Below are positions 10,178 through 19,605 of a stretch of 32,000 bases of DNA, in pieces (within the stretch, counting starts at the first letter, position 1; each line of letters begins with the position of its first letter). Origin of the DNA: Candidatus Saccharimonadota bacterium. GTDB lineage: Bacteria; Pseudomonadota; Gammaproteobacteria; Enterobacterales; Enterobacteriaceae. The stretch spans positions 240,001 to 272,000 of the forward strand of contig CP145877.1 of the NCBI GenBank assembly GCA_045690015.1. The letters are read 5' to 3'. The position numbers and the translations under genes were made by a program. The notes beneath the pieces are model-generated. The model was not told the origin of the DNA, did not search any database, and saw nothing but the letters and a program-made list of their open reading frames with translations.

Positions 10178-13100
10178 ATGCCTAAACGTACAGATATTAA
10201 GAGTATCCTGATTATTGGAGCTGGTCCTATTACTATAGGACAAGCATGTGAATTCGATTATTCTGGGGTTCAAGCTTGTAAAGCACTACGTGAAGAATCT
10301 TATCGAGTTATTTTGATCAATTCTAATCCGGCTACTATTATGACCGATCCTTGTATAGCAGATGTTACATATATTGAACCTATTCATTGGAAAGTAGTAA
10401 CTAAAATTATAGAAAAAGAACGTCCCGATGCCTTATTAGCTACTATGGGAGGACAAACGGCTCTCAATTGTGCCCTTGACTTAGATCGCTATGGCATATT
10501 GAAAAAATTTGGTTTAACTATGATTGGAGCTAGTATTGAAACTATAAAGAAAGCTGAAGATCGCAAAATGTTTAAGAATGCAATGAGAGAGATTGCATTA
10601 GAAACTGCGCAATCTTATATAGCTTATAATATGAGTGAGGCATTACAAGGAGTTGAAAAAATAGGATTTCCATGCATTATTCGTTCATCTTTTACAATGG
10701 GGGGCTCTGGCTCAAATATTGCTTATAATAGGGAAGAATTTATAAAATATTGTAAATATGCTTTAGATTTATCTCCAATTAATGAAATTATCATTGATGA
10801 ATCTTTAATAGGATGGAAAGAATATGAATTAGAAGTTATACAAGATAATCTTAGTAATTTTGTAGTCATTTGTACCATAGAAAATATTGATCCGATGGGA
10901 ATACATACAGGTGATTCTTATGTCATTTCACCTATACAAACTTTAACCGATAAAGAATCTCAAACTTTACGTAATGATTGTTCATTAATTTTGAGGAAGA
11001 TGGGGATAAAAAATGGTGGTGCTAATGTTCAATTTGCAATAAATCCTAAAAATGGTCGTATAATTGTTGTAGAAATGAATCCCCGTGTATCAAGATCTTC
11101 TGCACTAGCTTCAAAAGCTACTGGATTTCCTATAGCTAAGATAGCTGCAAAGCTAGTTGTAGGATATACTCTAGATGAATTAAATAATGAGATTACAGGA
11201 GGATTGATACCTGCATCTTTTGAGCCTACTTTAGATTATGTAGTAACTAAGATTCCAAGATTTAACTTCGAAAAATTTATTGGAGCTAATGATCGTTTGA
11301 GTACCCAGATGAAATCGGTTGGTGAAGTAATGTCTATAGGTAGAAGTTTTCAGGAATCAATACAAAAAGCACTGCGTGGACTAGACATAGGGGCTTATGG
11401 ATTTAATCCAAAAATCAATTTTAAAAAACCGGATGCGGTTCTTCGAATTCATCGCGAATTAAAAAATGCAGGATCAGATCGTTTTTTTTATATAGCGGAT
11501 GCCTTTCGTGCAGGATTATCCGTTACTGAAGTATTTAATCTAACGGGAATTGATTCTTGGTTTTTAGTTCAAATAGAAGAAATAATTTGTCTAGAAAAAG
11601 ATTTGATGCTTCAAGGATTTAGGGGATTAAAATCATCTTTTTTGCGTCATTTAAAAAAAAAAGGATTTTCGGATGTTCGAATAGCTGATTTAATTGGGGT
11701 TTCTGAAAAAAAAATCCGTAAATTACGTCAATTATATAAGATTCATCCGGTTTATAAAAAAGTTGATACTTGTTCAGGAGAATTTCCTACTAATAGTGCT
11801 TATTTATACTCTACTTACGAAGATGAATGCGAAGCTAATCCACATTCTAATCCTAACAAGATTATAATCTTAGGTGGAGGACCCAATCGTATTGGTCAAG
11901 GAATTGAATTAGATTATTGCTGTGTACATGCCGCAATAGCTTTACGTGAAAATGGATTTGAAATAATTATGATTAATTGTAATCCAGAAACTGTATCAAC
12001 TGATTATGATATATCGGATCGACTATATTTTGAATCTATTACATTAGAAGATGTATTGGAAGTGGTACGAATAGAGAAACCTAAAGGAGTGATTATTCAA
12101 TATGGTGGCCAAACTCCTTTAAAACTTGCACGTGATTTATATTTGGAAGGAGTCCCTATAATAGGCACGAATCCTGAGTCGATTGATCGTGCTGAAAATC
12201 GAGAACTTTTTCAAAAGATGATAAATCAATTAGGATTAAAACAGCCAGAAAATGTTACAGTTTATACACTTGAGCAGGCTTTAATAAAATCTAGAGATGT
12301 TGGTTATCCGTTAGTAGTACGTCCATCTTATGTATTAGGTGGTAGAGCCATGGAAATTATCTATGAGGAAAGGGATTTAAAGCGTTATTTTAAAACTGCG
12401 CTTAGTGTCTCTAATAATGCTCCTATATTATTAGAAAAATTTCTAGAGGATGCCATAGAAGTTGATGTTGATGCTATTTGTGATGGAAAAGATGTTTTAA
12501 TTGGAGGAATTATGGAACATCTTGAGGAGGCAGGAATTCATTCTGGAGATTCTGCTTGTTCATTACCACCTTATACACTAAATTCGGTAATCCAAAATAA
12601 AATCAGTGATCAAGTAAGAAAAGTTGCATTTGAATTATCTATTAATGGATTAATAAATGTACAATTTGCAATTAAAAATGATGTAATTTATCTAATAGAG
12701 ATAAATCCTCGAGCATCTCGTACAATACCTTTTGTTTCCAAAGCTACTGGAATCCCATTAGCAAAAATTGCATCATTAGTAATGATAGGTAAAAGTCTAT
12801 TGGAACAAGGATTTACCAAGAACATTATTCCTCCATATTTTTCCGTTAAAGAAGTTGTATTGCCTTTCAAATTTTTTTCAGGATCATATCCTATATTAGG
12901 TCCAGAAATGCGTTCTACTGGAGAAGCTATGGGTATAGCAAAAACTTTTAGTGAGGCATTTGCAAAGGCAATATTAGGTATAGGTATAGGTAGTAGTAAT
13001 TATTCTATTGAAGATTTGGATTATGACGATATTTTGCTTAAAAAAAACAAACTAAAAATATTAGATGTAGCTAAATTACTGCTAAAACAAGGAGTAAAGA

Positions 13101-13243
13101 TAAAAAATAGTTTGTTGGATAAGATCTTTAATGATCCTACCTTGAAGAGTAATATTATTGCCACTATATTAGCTTTGCAAGAAGATCCAACCAAAAATGT
13201 CTCATCAATTCAAGAATGGCATGCATTACTTAAAAAAAATTAA
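10178..13243 (+). CDS. carB: Carbamoyl-phosphate synthase large subunit with a shortened C-terminal allosteric domain
   Basis: The 1021-aa ORF begins [18 protein letters not shown] and is collinear with E. coli CarB (1073 aa) through both ATP-grasp halves. All of the roughly 52-aa deficit falls after the conserved AFAKA motif (nt 12971 onward). Confidence 0.97.
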   Translation: MPKRTDIKSILIIGAGPITIGQACEFDYSGVQACKALREESYRVILINSNPATIMTDPCIADVTYIEPIHWKVVTKIIEKERPDALLATMGGQTALNCALDLDRYGILKKFGLTMIGASIETIKKAEDRKMFKNAMREIALETAQSYIAYNMSEALQGVEKIGFPCIIRSSFTMGGSGSNIAYNREEFIKYCKYALDLSPINEIIIDESLIGWKEYELEVIQDNLSNFVVICTIENIDPMGIHTGDSYVISPIQTLTDKESQTLRNDCSLILRKMGIKNGGANVQFAINPKNGRIIVVEMNPRVSRSSALASKATGFPIAKIAAKLVVGYTLDELNNEITGGLIPASFEPTLDYVVTKIPRFNFEKFIGANDRLSTQMKSVGEVMSIGRSFQESIQKALRGLDIGAYGFNPKINFKKPDAVLRIHRELKNAGSDRFFYIADAFRAGLSVTEVFNLTGIDSWFLVQIEEIICLEKDLMLQGFRGLKSSFLRHLKKKGFSDVRIADLIGVSEKKIRKLRQLYKIHPVYKKVDTCSGEFPTNSAYLYSTYEDECEANPHSNPNKIIILGGGPNRIGQGIELDYCCVHAAIALRENGFEIIMINCNPETVSTDYDISDRLYFESITLEDVLEVVRIEKPKGVIIQYGGQTPLKLARDLYLEGVPIIGTNPESIDRAENRELFQKMINQLGLKQPENVTVYTLEQALIKSRDVGYPLVVRPSYVLGGRAMEIIYEERDLKRYFKTALSVSNNAPILLEKFLEDAIEVDVDAICDGKDVLIGGIMEHLEEAGIHSGDSACSLPPYTLNSVIQNKISDQVRKVAFELSINGLINVQFAIKNDVIYLIEINPRASRTIPFVSKATGIPLAKIASLVMIGKSLLEQGFTKNIIPPYFSVKEVVLPFKFFSGSYPILGPEMRSTGEAMGIAKTFSEAFAKAILGIGIGSSNYSIEDLDYDDILLKKNKLKILDVAKLLLKQGVKIKNSLLDKIFNDPTLKSNIIATILALQEDPTKNVSSIQEWHALLKKN

Positions 13244-13316
13244 CGGATTAGATTATTTGACCAAACCAAGCCCATTAATTTTTACTAAAATCTGCTTATA
13301 AATAAAATAACTAATG

Positions 13317-13565
13317 TTATTCATTAGGAATTTTTCCTTTAAATAAAAAATTAATCATTTCTTGTTCAAGGAATTTACGATCCTCATATTTAAATAAATT
13401 TAACTTCTTTTCATTTATGAGAATAGTTTGTTTTTGCAACCACTGGGACCAGGCAACTTTAGAAATATGATTATAAATCATCTTACCCAAATCTCCTGGA
13501 TAAACTTGTTCACGTTGCGCTTGAGCTTGACGTTGAAGATATTTACAAAATATTGTTCGATTCAT
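13317..13565 (-). CDS. yggX: Fe(2+)-trafficking protein YggX
   Basis: The internal ATG (complement of 13563-13565) gives the 82-aa product [15 protein letters not shown]...LINEKKLN...[12 protein letters not shown], matching E. coli YggX from residue 1. An AGGA SD lies upstream. The track's 116-aa version adds a non-homologous hydrophobic extension. Confidence 0.9.
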   Translation of the reverse strand: MNRTIFCKYLQRQAQAQREQVYPGDLGKMIYNHISKVAWSQWLQKQTILINEKKLNLFKYEDRKFLEQEMINFLFKGKIPNE

Positions 13566-13805
13566 TGATTTATTTCCTAATGCCAATGAAATTGGTTTAT
13601 GATGTGAGATTGTATCAATATATAGTACTATTGTACTATAAAATAGTATGCAAACTAATATTACCATCTGTAAGATAAGGAAGAAATAACTGTGATAATG
13701 TGTATTTGTTGGAAAGTTAATTTTGACATTAATACATTATTTGTATATTTTTTTTTATTTCTATTCTAATTTAAGGTCATATGGATGTATAAGGATAAGA
13801 TTTAC

Positions 13806-15863
13806 ATGAGCAATAATCCATTATTAAGATCTTTTAAATTTCCTCCATTCTCTCGAATTAAACCTGAACATATAGTTCCTGCAATACAAACATATATAGA
13901 TAAGTATAAGAGGATTATAGATCAAATTATTAGTAATCGAGCATCTTCATATTATAATTGGAAAAATTTCTGTCAACCTTTAGAAGAATTGTCGTCTAAT
14001 TTAAATCGTATTTTTTCTCCTATACGCCATTTAAATTCGGTACAAAATGATATTGAGTTTAGAAAACATTATGAAAAATGCATTTCTCTTATATCGGACT
14101 TTAATACCTGGATAGGACAGCACAAAAAACTATATGATGGCTGGTGTGAAATCAAACAATCTTCTCATTATGATTCTTTTAATCAAGCACAAAAAAAAAC
14201 TGTCGATAATACATTAAGGGATTATGTTTTATCTGGGATAAGATTATCACCAAATAATAAATCCCGTTATCGTGAAATAGTAAGGCGTCTCTCAAAGCTT
14301 AGTTGTCAGTATAGTAATAATGTTTTGGATGCCACTAATTATTGGAAGAAGCTTGTTACTAATAAGAATGAACTTTCAGGTATTCCCGAAAGTATATTAT
14401 CTTCATTATTAAACAAAGCAAAATCAAAAAATTTAGAGGGGTGGTTACTTACTCTTGATACTCCTAGTTATAGTTCTATAATTACTTACTGCGATAATCA
14501 ATTAATTCGTCAGGAATTATATTATGCATATAATACCCGCGCTTCGGATGTTGGACCGAATTTTGGTAAATGGGATAATACTGAAGTTATTGAAGAAGAA
14601 TTAAATCTTAGATATGAACTAGCACAACTATTAAGTTTTAATTCTTATGCTGATCTATCTTTAGCAAATAAAATGGCAGAAAGTCCTACACAAGTAATAT
14701 CTTTCTTAAATCAATTACTGCATAAAATAAGACCACAAGCAGAGAAAGAACTAATGCAGTTAAAAGAATTTGCTAAAAAACACTATAATACTTATGAGTT
14801 ACATCCATGGGATATTGCTTATTATAGTGAGAAACAGAAACAGCATCTTTATAATCTTAATGACGAAGATTTTCGTTCTTATTTTCCAATACGATATGTA
14901 TTAAAAGGAATGTTCGATATAGTAAAGAGAATTTATGGAATTAAAATTAAAAAGCGCTACAAAGTAGATGTTTGGGATAGTGAGGTTCAGGTTTTTGAGG
15001 TGTTAAATGAAAATAATCAATTATATGGTAGTTTATATTTTGATTTATATAATCGTGAAAATAAAACAAGTGGAGCATGGATGGATGTATGTACAGATAG
15101 GATGCGTAAATCCAATGATAGATTACAAAATCCTATAGCTTTTTTAACAACTAATTTTAGACGACCACTGAATCAGCAGAAATCAGCCCTTTTATCTCAT
15201 CATGAGGTTATTACATTATTTCATGAGTTTGGTCATGCTTTACATCATATCTTAACCAGAATAGATGTTCTTGCAGTTTCAGGGATTAATGGTGTGCCAT
15301 GGGATGCAGTTGAGTTTCCGAGTCAATTTATGGAAAATTGGTGTTGGGAAAGAGAATCATTATTATTAATTTGTAAACATTATAAAAACAGACATACTAT
15401 TCCTAAAAAACTATTAGATAATCTATTATTATCAAAAAATTATCAAATTGCATTATTTCTTATTCGTCAACTAGAATTAAGTTTATTTGATTTTTATTTA
15501 CATGCAGAATTTTCTCCAAAAGAAACTGCAAAGAAACAAATATTAAAAATCCGAAAAAAATTACAATCCATTTCTGTAATACCAATTCCTGAATGGAATC
15601 GTTTTTCGCATTCATTTCATCATATCTTTGCAAATGGATATGCTGCTGGATATTATAGCTATTTATGGGCTAAAGTACTAGCAGCGGATGCATATTCTCT
15701 ATTTTTAGAAAAAGGAATTTTTAATTCTGAATTAGGACAATCTTTTTTGGATAACATTCTCTCACAGGGAGGTTCTGAAGATCCTATGATATTATTTAAA
15801 CGTTTTAGAGGACGCGAACCTTTAATTGATACGATATTGAAATCATATGATATTAATAATTAG
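13806..15863 (+). CDS. prlC: Oligopeptidase A (M3 zinc metallopeptidase)
   Basis: It is collinear with E. coli PrlC and carries the HEFGHALHH zinc motif. By homology the start is MSNNPLLRSFKFPPFS at 13806, with AAGGA about 10 nt upstream. The in-frame ATG at 13785 is an alternative start. Confidence 0.93.
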   Translation: MSNNPLLRSFKFPPFSRIKPEHIVPAIQTYIDKYKRIIDQIISNRASSYYNWKNFCQPLEELSSNLNRIFSPIRHLNSVQNDIEFRKHYEKCISLISDFNTWIGQHKKLYDGWCEIKQSSHYDSFNQAQKKTVDNTLRDYVLSGIRLSPNNKSRYREIVRRLSKLSCQYSNNVLDATNYWKKLVTNKNELSGIPESILSSLLNKAKSKNLEGWLLTLDTPSYSSIITYCDNQLIRQELYYAYNTRASDVGPNFGKWDNTEVIEEELNLRYELAQLLSFNSYADLSLANKMAESPTQVISFLNQLLHKIRPQAEKELMQLKEFAKKHYNTYELHPWDIAYYSEKQKQHLYNLNDEDFRSYFPIRYVLKGMFDIVKRIYGIKIKKRYKVDVWDSEVQVFEVLNENNQLYGSLYFDLYNRENKTSGAWMDVCTDRMRKSNDRLQNPIAFLTTNFRRPLNQQKSALLSHHEVITLFHEFGHALHHILTRIDVLAVSGINGVPWDAVEFPSQFMENWCWERESLLLICKHYKNRHTIPKKLLDNLLLSKNYQIALFLIRQLELSLFDFYLHAEFSPKETAKKQILKIRKKLQSISVIPIPEWNRFSHSFHHIFANGYAAGYYSYLWAKVLAADAYSLFLEKGIFNSELGQSFLDNILSQGGSEDPMILFKRFRGREPLIDTILKSYDINN

Positions 15864-16112
15864 TAATCAAACACAGATATTAATCTTCCGTATAAGAGGT
15901 GGGATATAAAGCGTCTTTAGATTTTCTTTCAGGGAGTTAGAATTGTAATAAAAGAACTAATTTTATATTAAATGCGGTAATTTATTTACTTATAAATGGA
16001 GTGGTTTTAGAAGTTTTTTCAAAAAATCAGAGTATAATACTTACATATATAATTCCTTGTTAAATATGACTCATAATCATGAAAATAATTATTTTTTAGC
16101 AGCAAAAACTCA

Positions 16113-16370
16113 ATGAAAAAATTAATTATTAATTCCAATCGAATTTTTAATGCATTGGGAATGCGTTGTCCTGAAACTCTGATGATGCTGCGTAAGAATA
16201 TACGTAGTATGCAAGTTGGACAAAAATTATTAATTATTACTGATGACGCTACAGCCATTAGAGATTTTCCAATCTTCTGTGAATTTATGAATCATAGTTT
16301 GATTAATCACAAAATCAAAGAGATACCTTATTATTTTCTTATTAGAAAAGGATCTTCTCATTCTCCATAA
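16113..16370 (+). CDS. tusA: Sulfurtransferase TusA (SirA/YhhP)
   Basis: The 85-aa ORF has the active-site LGMRCPE motif and the ...LLIITDD...YYFLIRKG pattern, matching E. coli TusA. Confidence 0.9.
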   Translation: MKKLIINSNRIFNALGMRCPETLMMLRKNIRSMQVGQKLLIITDDATAIRDFPIFCEFMNHSLINHKIKEIPYYFLIRKGSSHSP

Positions 16371-16535
16371 TATAATTGCATGTATCAAATTTATATTTGA
16401 AAGAGAGTTTCATATATAATTAATATTATAATAAATGTATTGAAATTTAGTCAGGATAGTTTTTAGATGGATAAAAAACCATTGGTAATGTATTCTTTAT
16501 TCTTAACGATAATTTTATAGAGAAAAATAGATAAT

Positions 16536-16859
16536 ATGAGAACTGATCAAAGCCTGTATCGGATACAGTTTGTGAATAATAGTAAAAATTATCAACTATA
16601 TGTCCGAGAACTTTCTAATAGTAATTTATTTGGTTTTATAGAAATTGGTGATTTTATTTTTACGACATCATCAGCTGTTTTAGTAGATCCTGGAGCGGAA
16701 AAAATAAAAACTGAATTTACTGATGTAACAAAAAGTTATATTCCTGTACAAGCGATAATTCGTATAGATCTCATTAGAGAGAAACATACTCAATATCAAC
16801 CATTACCATTGGGTAATAATATTACTCCCTTTCCTTTTCCTCCTAGGAAAAGAACGTAA
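16536..16859 (+). CDS. Conserved hypothetical protein, DUF1820-like (function unknown)
   Basis: This 107-aa ORF is long for such an AT-rich genome and has a non-degenerate composition. LYRIQFVNN..YQLYV....FGFIEI.DFIF......LVDPGAEKIKTEF.DV.KSYIP.QAIIRID......PFPFP resembles, from memory, the DUF1820 family of Pseudomonas and other gammaproteobacteria. There is no clear SD. Confidence 0.6.
   Translation: MRTDQSLYRIQFVNNSKNYQLYVRELSNSNLFGFIEIGDFIFTTSSAVLVDPGAEKIKTEFTDVTKSYIPVQAIIRIDLIREKHTQYQPLPLGNNITPFPFPPRKRT
16834..16852. terminator. 7-bp hairpin at the convergent DUF1820-ORF/rsmD junction
   Basis: cttttcc (16834-16840), loop tccta, ggaaaag (16846-16852), with 3 G:C pairs. It lies 15 nt beyond the rsmD stop on the minus strand and inside the last codons of the plus-strand ORF. 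Neither strand has a T-run. Confidence 0.25.
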
Positions 16860-16866
16860 TAAATTA

Positions 16867-17442
16867 TTACCTATGATAATGGCGTTTATACAAATAGTAA
16901 GATACTTTACCAGCGATTTTCCCACGATAAAAATACCAGTTAGAAGGAATTTCAAAGACATAGTTTCTTTGTACAGGTGTTTCTATATAAATCCATGATT
17001 CTTCCATTAACCAACCCTTATTTTCTAATAATCTAATCGTAGGATTAATTAATTGACTATTAAAGGGAGGATCTATGAATATTAGATTAAATTTTTTTTT
17101 ATATGTGGATAACCACTTTAATGTGTTAGTATGGATTACATGTCCATTTTTAATTCCTAATCTTAGAAGATTTTTTTTGATTTGAGTCACTACACTTGTT
17201 TTTGACTCCAATAAAGTTGCGGTAGCAGCATCACGTGATAATGCCTCTATAGATAAAGCTCCAGTACCAGCGTAACAATCAAGACAATGAACAGTTTTTA
17301 GATATAATCCTAACCAGTTAAAAAGTGTTTCTCTAATTCTATTAGAAGTAGGACGCAATGTTGCAGATGTAGTAAATGTGATTTTACGTCCACGCAAATT
17401 TCCTCCAATAATTCTAATCTTATTGATTGATCTTTTCATCAT
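16867..17442 (-). CDS. rsmD: 16S rRNA (guanine966-N2)-methyltransferase
   Basis: The 191-aa ORF has IRIIGGNLRGRK, LRPTSNRIRETLFNWL, LDCYAGTGALSIEALSR and the DPPF motif. It is divergent from ftsY, as in E. coli. Confidence 0.93.
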   Translation of the reverse strand: MMKRSINKIRIIGGNLRGRKITFTTSATLRPTSNRIRETLFNWLGLYLKTVHCLDCYAGTGALSIEALSRDAATATLLESKTSVVTQIKKNLLRLGIKNGHVIHTNTLKWLSTYKKKFNLIFIDPPFNSQLINPTIRLLENKGWLMEESWIYIETPVQRNYVFEIPSNWYFYRGKIAGKVSYYLYKRHYHR

Positions 17443-17529
17443 AGAAATATTTTAGTTAATTTAAAACAATTAAGGTTATACTCATAATAAAACGAATAGA
17501 TTAAACTGATAAAAAGTGTGGTAGTAACC

Positions 17530-18597
17530 ATGGTTATAAATAAAAATGGTTCTTTTCTTCGTTGGTTTATTTTAAATCATAAAAATATCAAAAAAAATGA
17601 ATCTATAGATAATATAGGAGAAAAGTACGAGAAATTTTCTATTTCGTCAAATGCAAAATCGGATATGGCTTCAGAAAATTTTTTAATAAGGCTTAAACAT
17701 AAGTTAAAAAAAACTAGTCAGCAGATAGGAATGGGATTGATCAATTTTCTGAGAGGAAAAAAAATTGATGAACATTTATTAAATCAAATAGAAGACCATT
17801 TATTAATGGCAGATATTGGAATTAATCTAGTTAATCAACTTATAAATGATATAAAAAAACATATTAATAATCAATCATCGAATGATATTGAAATAATTCA
17901 TGGTATTCTAAAAGAAAAGATGATTCAAATTTTAAAAAAAGTTGAGAATCCTTTAGAAATTCAAAGTAAGACACCATTCATTATATTAATAATAGGAGTG
18001 AATGGGACAGGAAAAACTACTACTATAGCTAAAATAGCACACCTCTTTCAATCTCAAATTAAAAAATCTGTTATGTTAGCTGCTGGTGATACTTTTCGAG
18101 CTGGTGCTATTGAACAACTTCAAGCATGGGGACAAATCAATAAAATTCCAGTAATTTCTAAACACCTAGGAGCTGATGCAGCATCAGTTATTTTTGATGC
18201 AATTCAATGTGCTAAAGCTAGAAATATAGATGTTTTAATTGCGGATACCTCCGGAAGATTACAAAATAAAATTTTCCTTATGGAAGAGTTGAAAAAAATT
18301 ATTCGCATAATAAAAAAAATAGATAAAACCGCTCCTCATGAAATAATGTTAGTGATTGATGCTAATACCGGACAAAATTCAATTAGCCAATTAAAGCTAT
18401 TTCATGAATCTATTAATGTAACTGGTCTTACTTTAACTAAATTAGATGGAACAGCTAAAGGTGGAGTAATTCTAAATTTGGCAAATACATTTGAAATTCC
18501 AATTCGATATATTGGAATTGGTGAAAGTATTGATGACTTACAATGCTTTAGATCTAATGATTTTATAGAAGCTCTTTTTTCAGAAGAAAATTTTTAG
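17530..18597 (+). CDS. ftsY: Signal-recognition-particle receptor FtsY with a shortened A domain
   Basis: The NG domain is fully conserved (GVNGTGKTTTIAKIA, DTSGRLQNK, TKLDGTAKGG). I prefer the ATG at 17530; the track starts at the in-frame GTG at 17518. Only about 50 residues precede the NG domain. Confidence 0.93.
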   Translation: MVINKNGSFLRWFILNHKNIKKNESIDNIGEKYEKFSISSNAKSDMASENFLIRLKHKLKKTSQQIGMGLINFLRGKKIDEHLLNQIEDHLLMADIGINLVNQLINDIKKHINNQSSNDIEIIHGILKEKMIQILKKVENPLEIQSKTPFIILIIGVNGTGKTTTIAKIAHLFQSQIKKSVMLAAGDTFRAGAIEQLQAWGQINKIPVISKHLGADAASVIFDAIQCAKARNIDVLIADTSGRLQNKIFLMEELKKIIRIIKKIDKTAPHEIMLVIDANTGQNSISQLKLFHESINVTGLTLTKLDGTAKGGVILNLANTFEIPIRYIGIGESIDDLQCFRSNDFIEALFSEENF

Positions 18598-18679
18598 TTT
18601 AAATAAAATCGATTTTTTTATGAATAATTAAATCTTTTATATATGCCTTTTACTTAAAAGTACTAATGAGGGATATACT

Positions 18680-19537
18680 ATGATCCAAAGTATGAATAGT
18701 TTAGCAGTAATTACTCCACTAGGAAGTTTAGATTCCTATATTAGGGTAGTTTATTCTTATCCGATGTTATCAGCACAAGAAGAGAGAAGACTAGCAGAAC
18801 GATTATATTATTTAAAAGATTTAGAAGCTGCTAGAATTTTAATCGTATCCCACTTAAGATTTGTAGTACATATAGCACGCAATTATTCTGGTTATGCATT
18901 ATCACAAGCGGATTTGATTCAAGAAGGTAATATTGGTCTAATGAAAGCAGTTGACCGTTTTAATCCTAAAGTAGGGGTACGTTTAATTTCATTTGCAGTA
19001 CATTGGATTAAAGCAGAAATTCATGAATATGTGTTACGTAATTGGCGTATTGTGAAAGTAGCAACTACTAAAGCACAAAGAAAATTATTTTTTAATTTAC
19101 GTAAAACTAAACAACGATTAGGTTGGTTTAATAAAAAGGAAGTTGATACAGTTGCACGTGAACTAGGGGTTTCTAGTAAAGATGTGCGTGAGATGGAATC
19201 TCGTATGGCTGCTCAAGATATGACCTTAGATGTAACTCCAAATGAAGTAAATAGTGATAAAAAAGTATCTTATCCAATATTATATCTCCAAGATAAAAGC
19301 TCAGATTTTGCAGAGAGCATTGTGGAAGATAATTGGGAAAATCATACAGCTATGAAATTAAATGATGCTATAGATATATTAGATGAACGTAGTCGAAATA
19401 TTATTCGTTCACGTTGGTTAGATGAGAATAATAAGAAAACCTTACAGGATTTAGCGGAACAATATGGAGTATCAGCAGAACGAGTACGACAATTAGAACA
19501 AAATGCTCTGAAAAAATTAAAAAAAGCTATTGAATAA
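18680..19537 (+). CDS. rpoH: RNA polymerase heat-shock sigma factor sigma-32
   Basis: The 285-aa ORF is highly similar to E. coli RpoH, including the RpoH box [17 protein letters not shown] and the region 4.2 sequence [20 protein letters not shown] lies upstream. Confidence 0.98.
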   Translation: MIQSMNSLAVITPLGSLDSYIRVVYSYPMLSAQEERRLAERLYYLKDLEAARILIVSHLRFVVHIARNYSGYALSQADLIQEGNIGLMKAVDRFNPKVGVRLISFAVHWIKAEIHEYVLRNWRIVKVATTKAQRKLFFNLRKTKQRLGWFNKKEVDTVARELGVSSKDVREMESRMAAQDMTLDVTPNEVNSDKKVSYPILYLQDKSSDFAESIVEDNWENHTAMKLNDAIDILDERSRNIIRSRWLDENNKKTLQDLAEQYGVSAERVRQLEQNALKKLKKAIE

Positions 19538-19605
19538 TCCAGATGGATTTATAATAACATCCCATCAATTTATAAAAGTAACAATAATAATTTAAGGAAA
19601 TTTTT

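Noticed and set aside
13311-13327. 6-bp hairpin (ctaatg/cattag) at the carB/yggX convergent junction
   Set aside because: It is a weak 6-bp stem with only 2 G:C pairs that overlaps the yggX stop, and it is indistinguishable from chance.
13622-13648. 10-bp palindrome atagtactat and the adjacent tactat/atagta inverted repeat in the yggX-prlC divergent spacer
   Set aside because: These are short, entirely A/T-dominated palindromes of a kind expected frequently by chance here, and I can tie them to no known operator consensus.
13566-13667. 34-codon N-terminal extension of yggX in the ORF track (116 aa)
   Set aside because: Homology to YggX begins exactly at the internal ATG (13565), which has an AGGA SD. 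The extension is hydrophobic and non-homologous.
16019-16258. 79-aa minus-strand ORF overlapping the tusA start
   Set aside because: It overlaps the well-supported tusA gene and shows no homology, so it is a chance ORF.
8899-16916. Possible ArgR (ARG box) operator upstream of carA at 8899-8916 (attgaatatatttaaatc); the end coordinate should read 8916
   Set aside because: Only the left half-site (TGAAT) matches the consensus TNTGAATWWWWATTCANW and the right half does not. Such matches are expected by chance in sequence this AT-rich, and the presence of argR is unknown.
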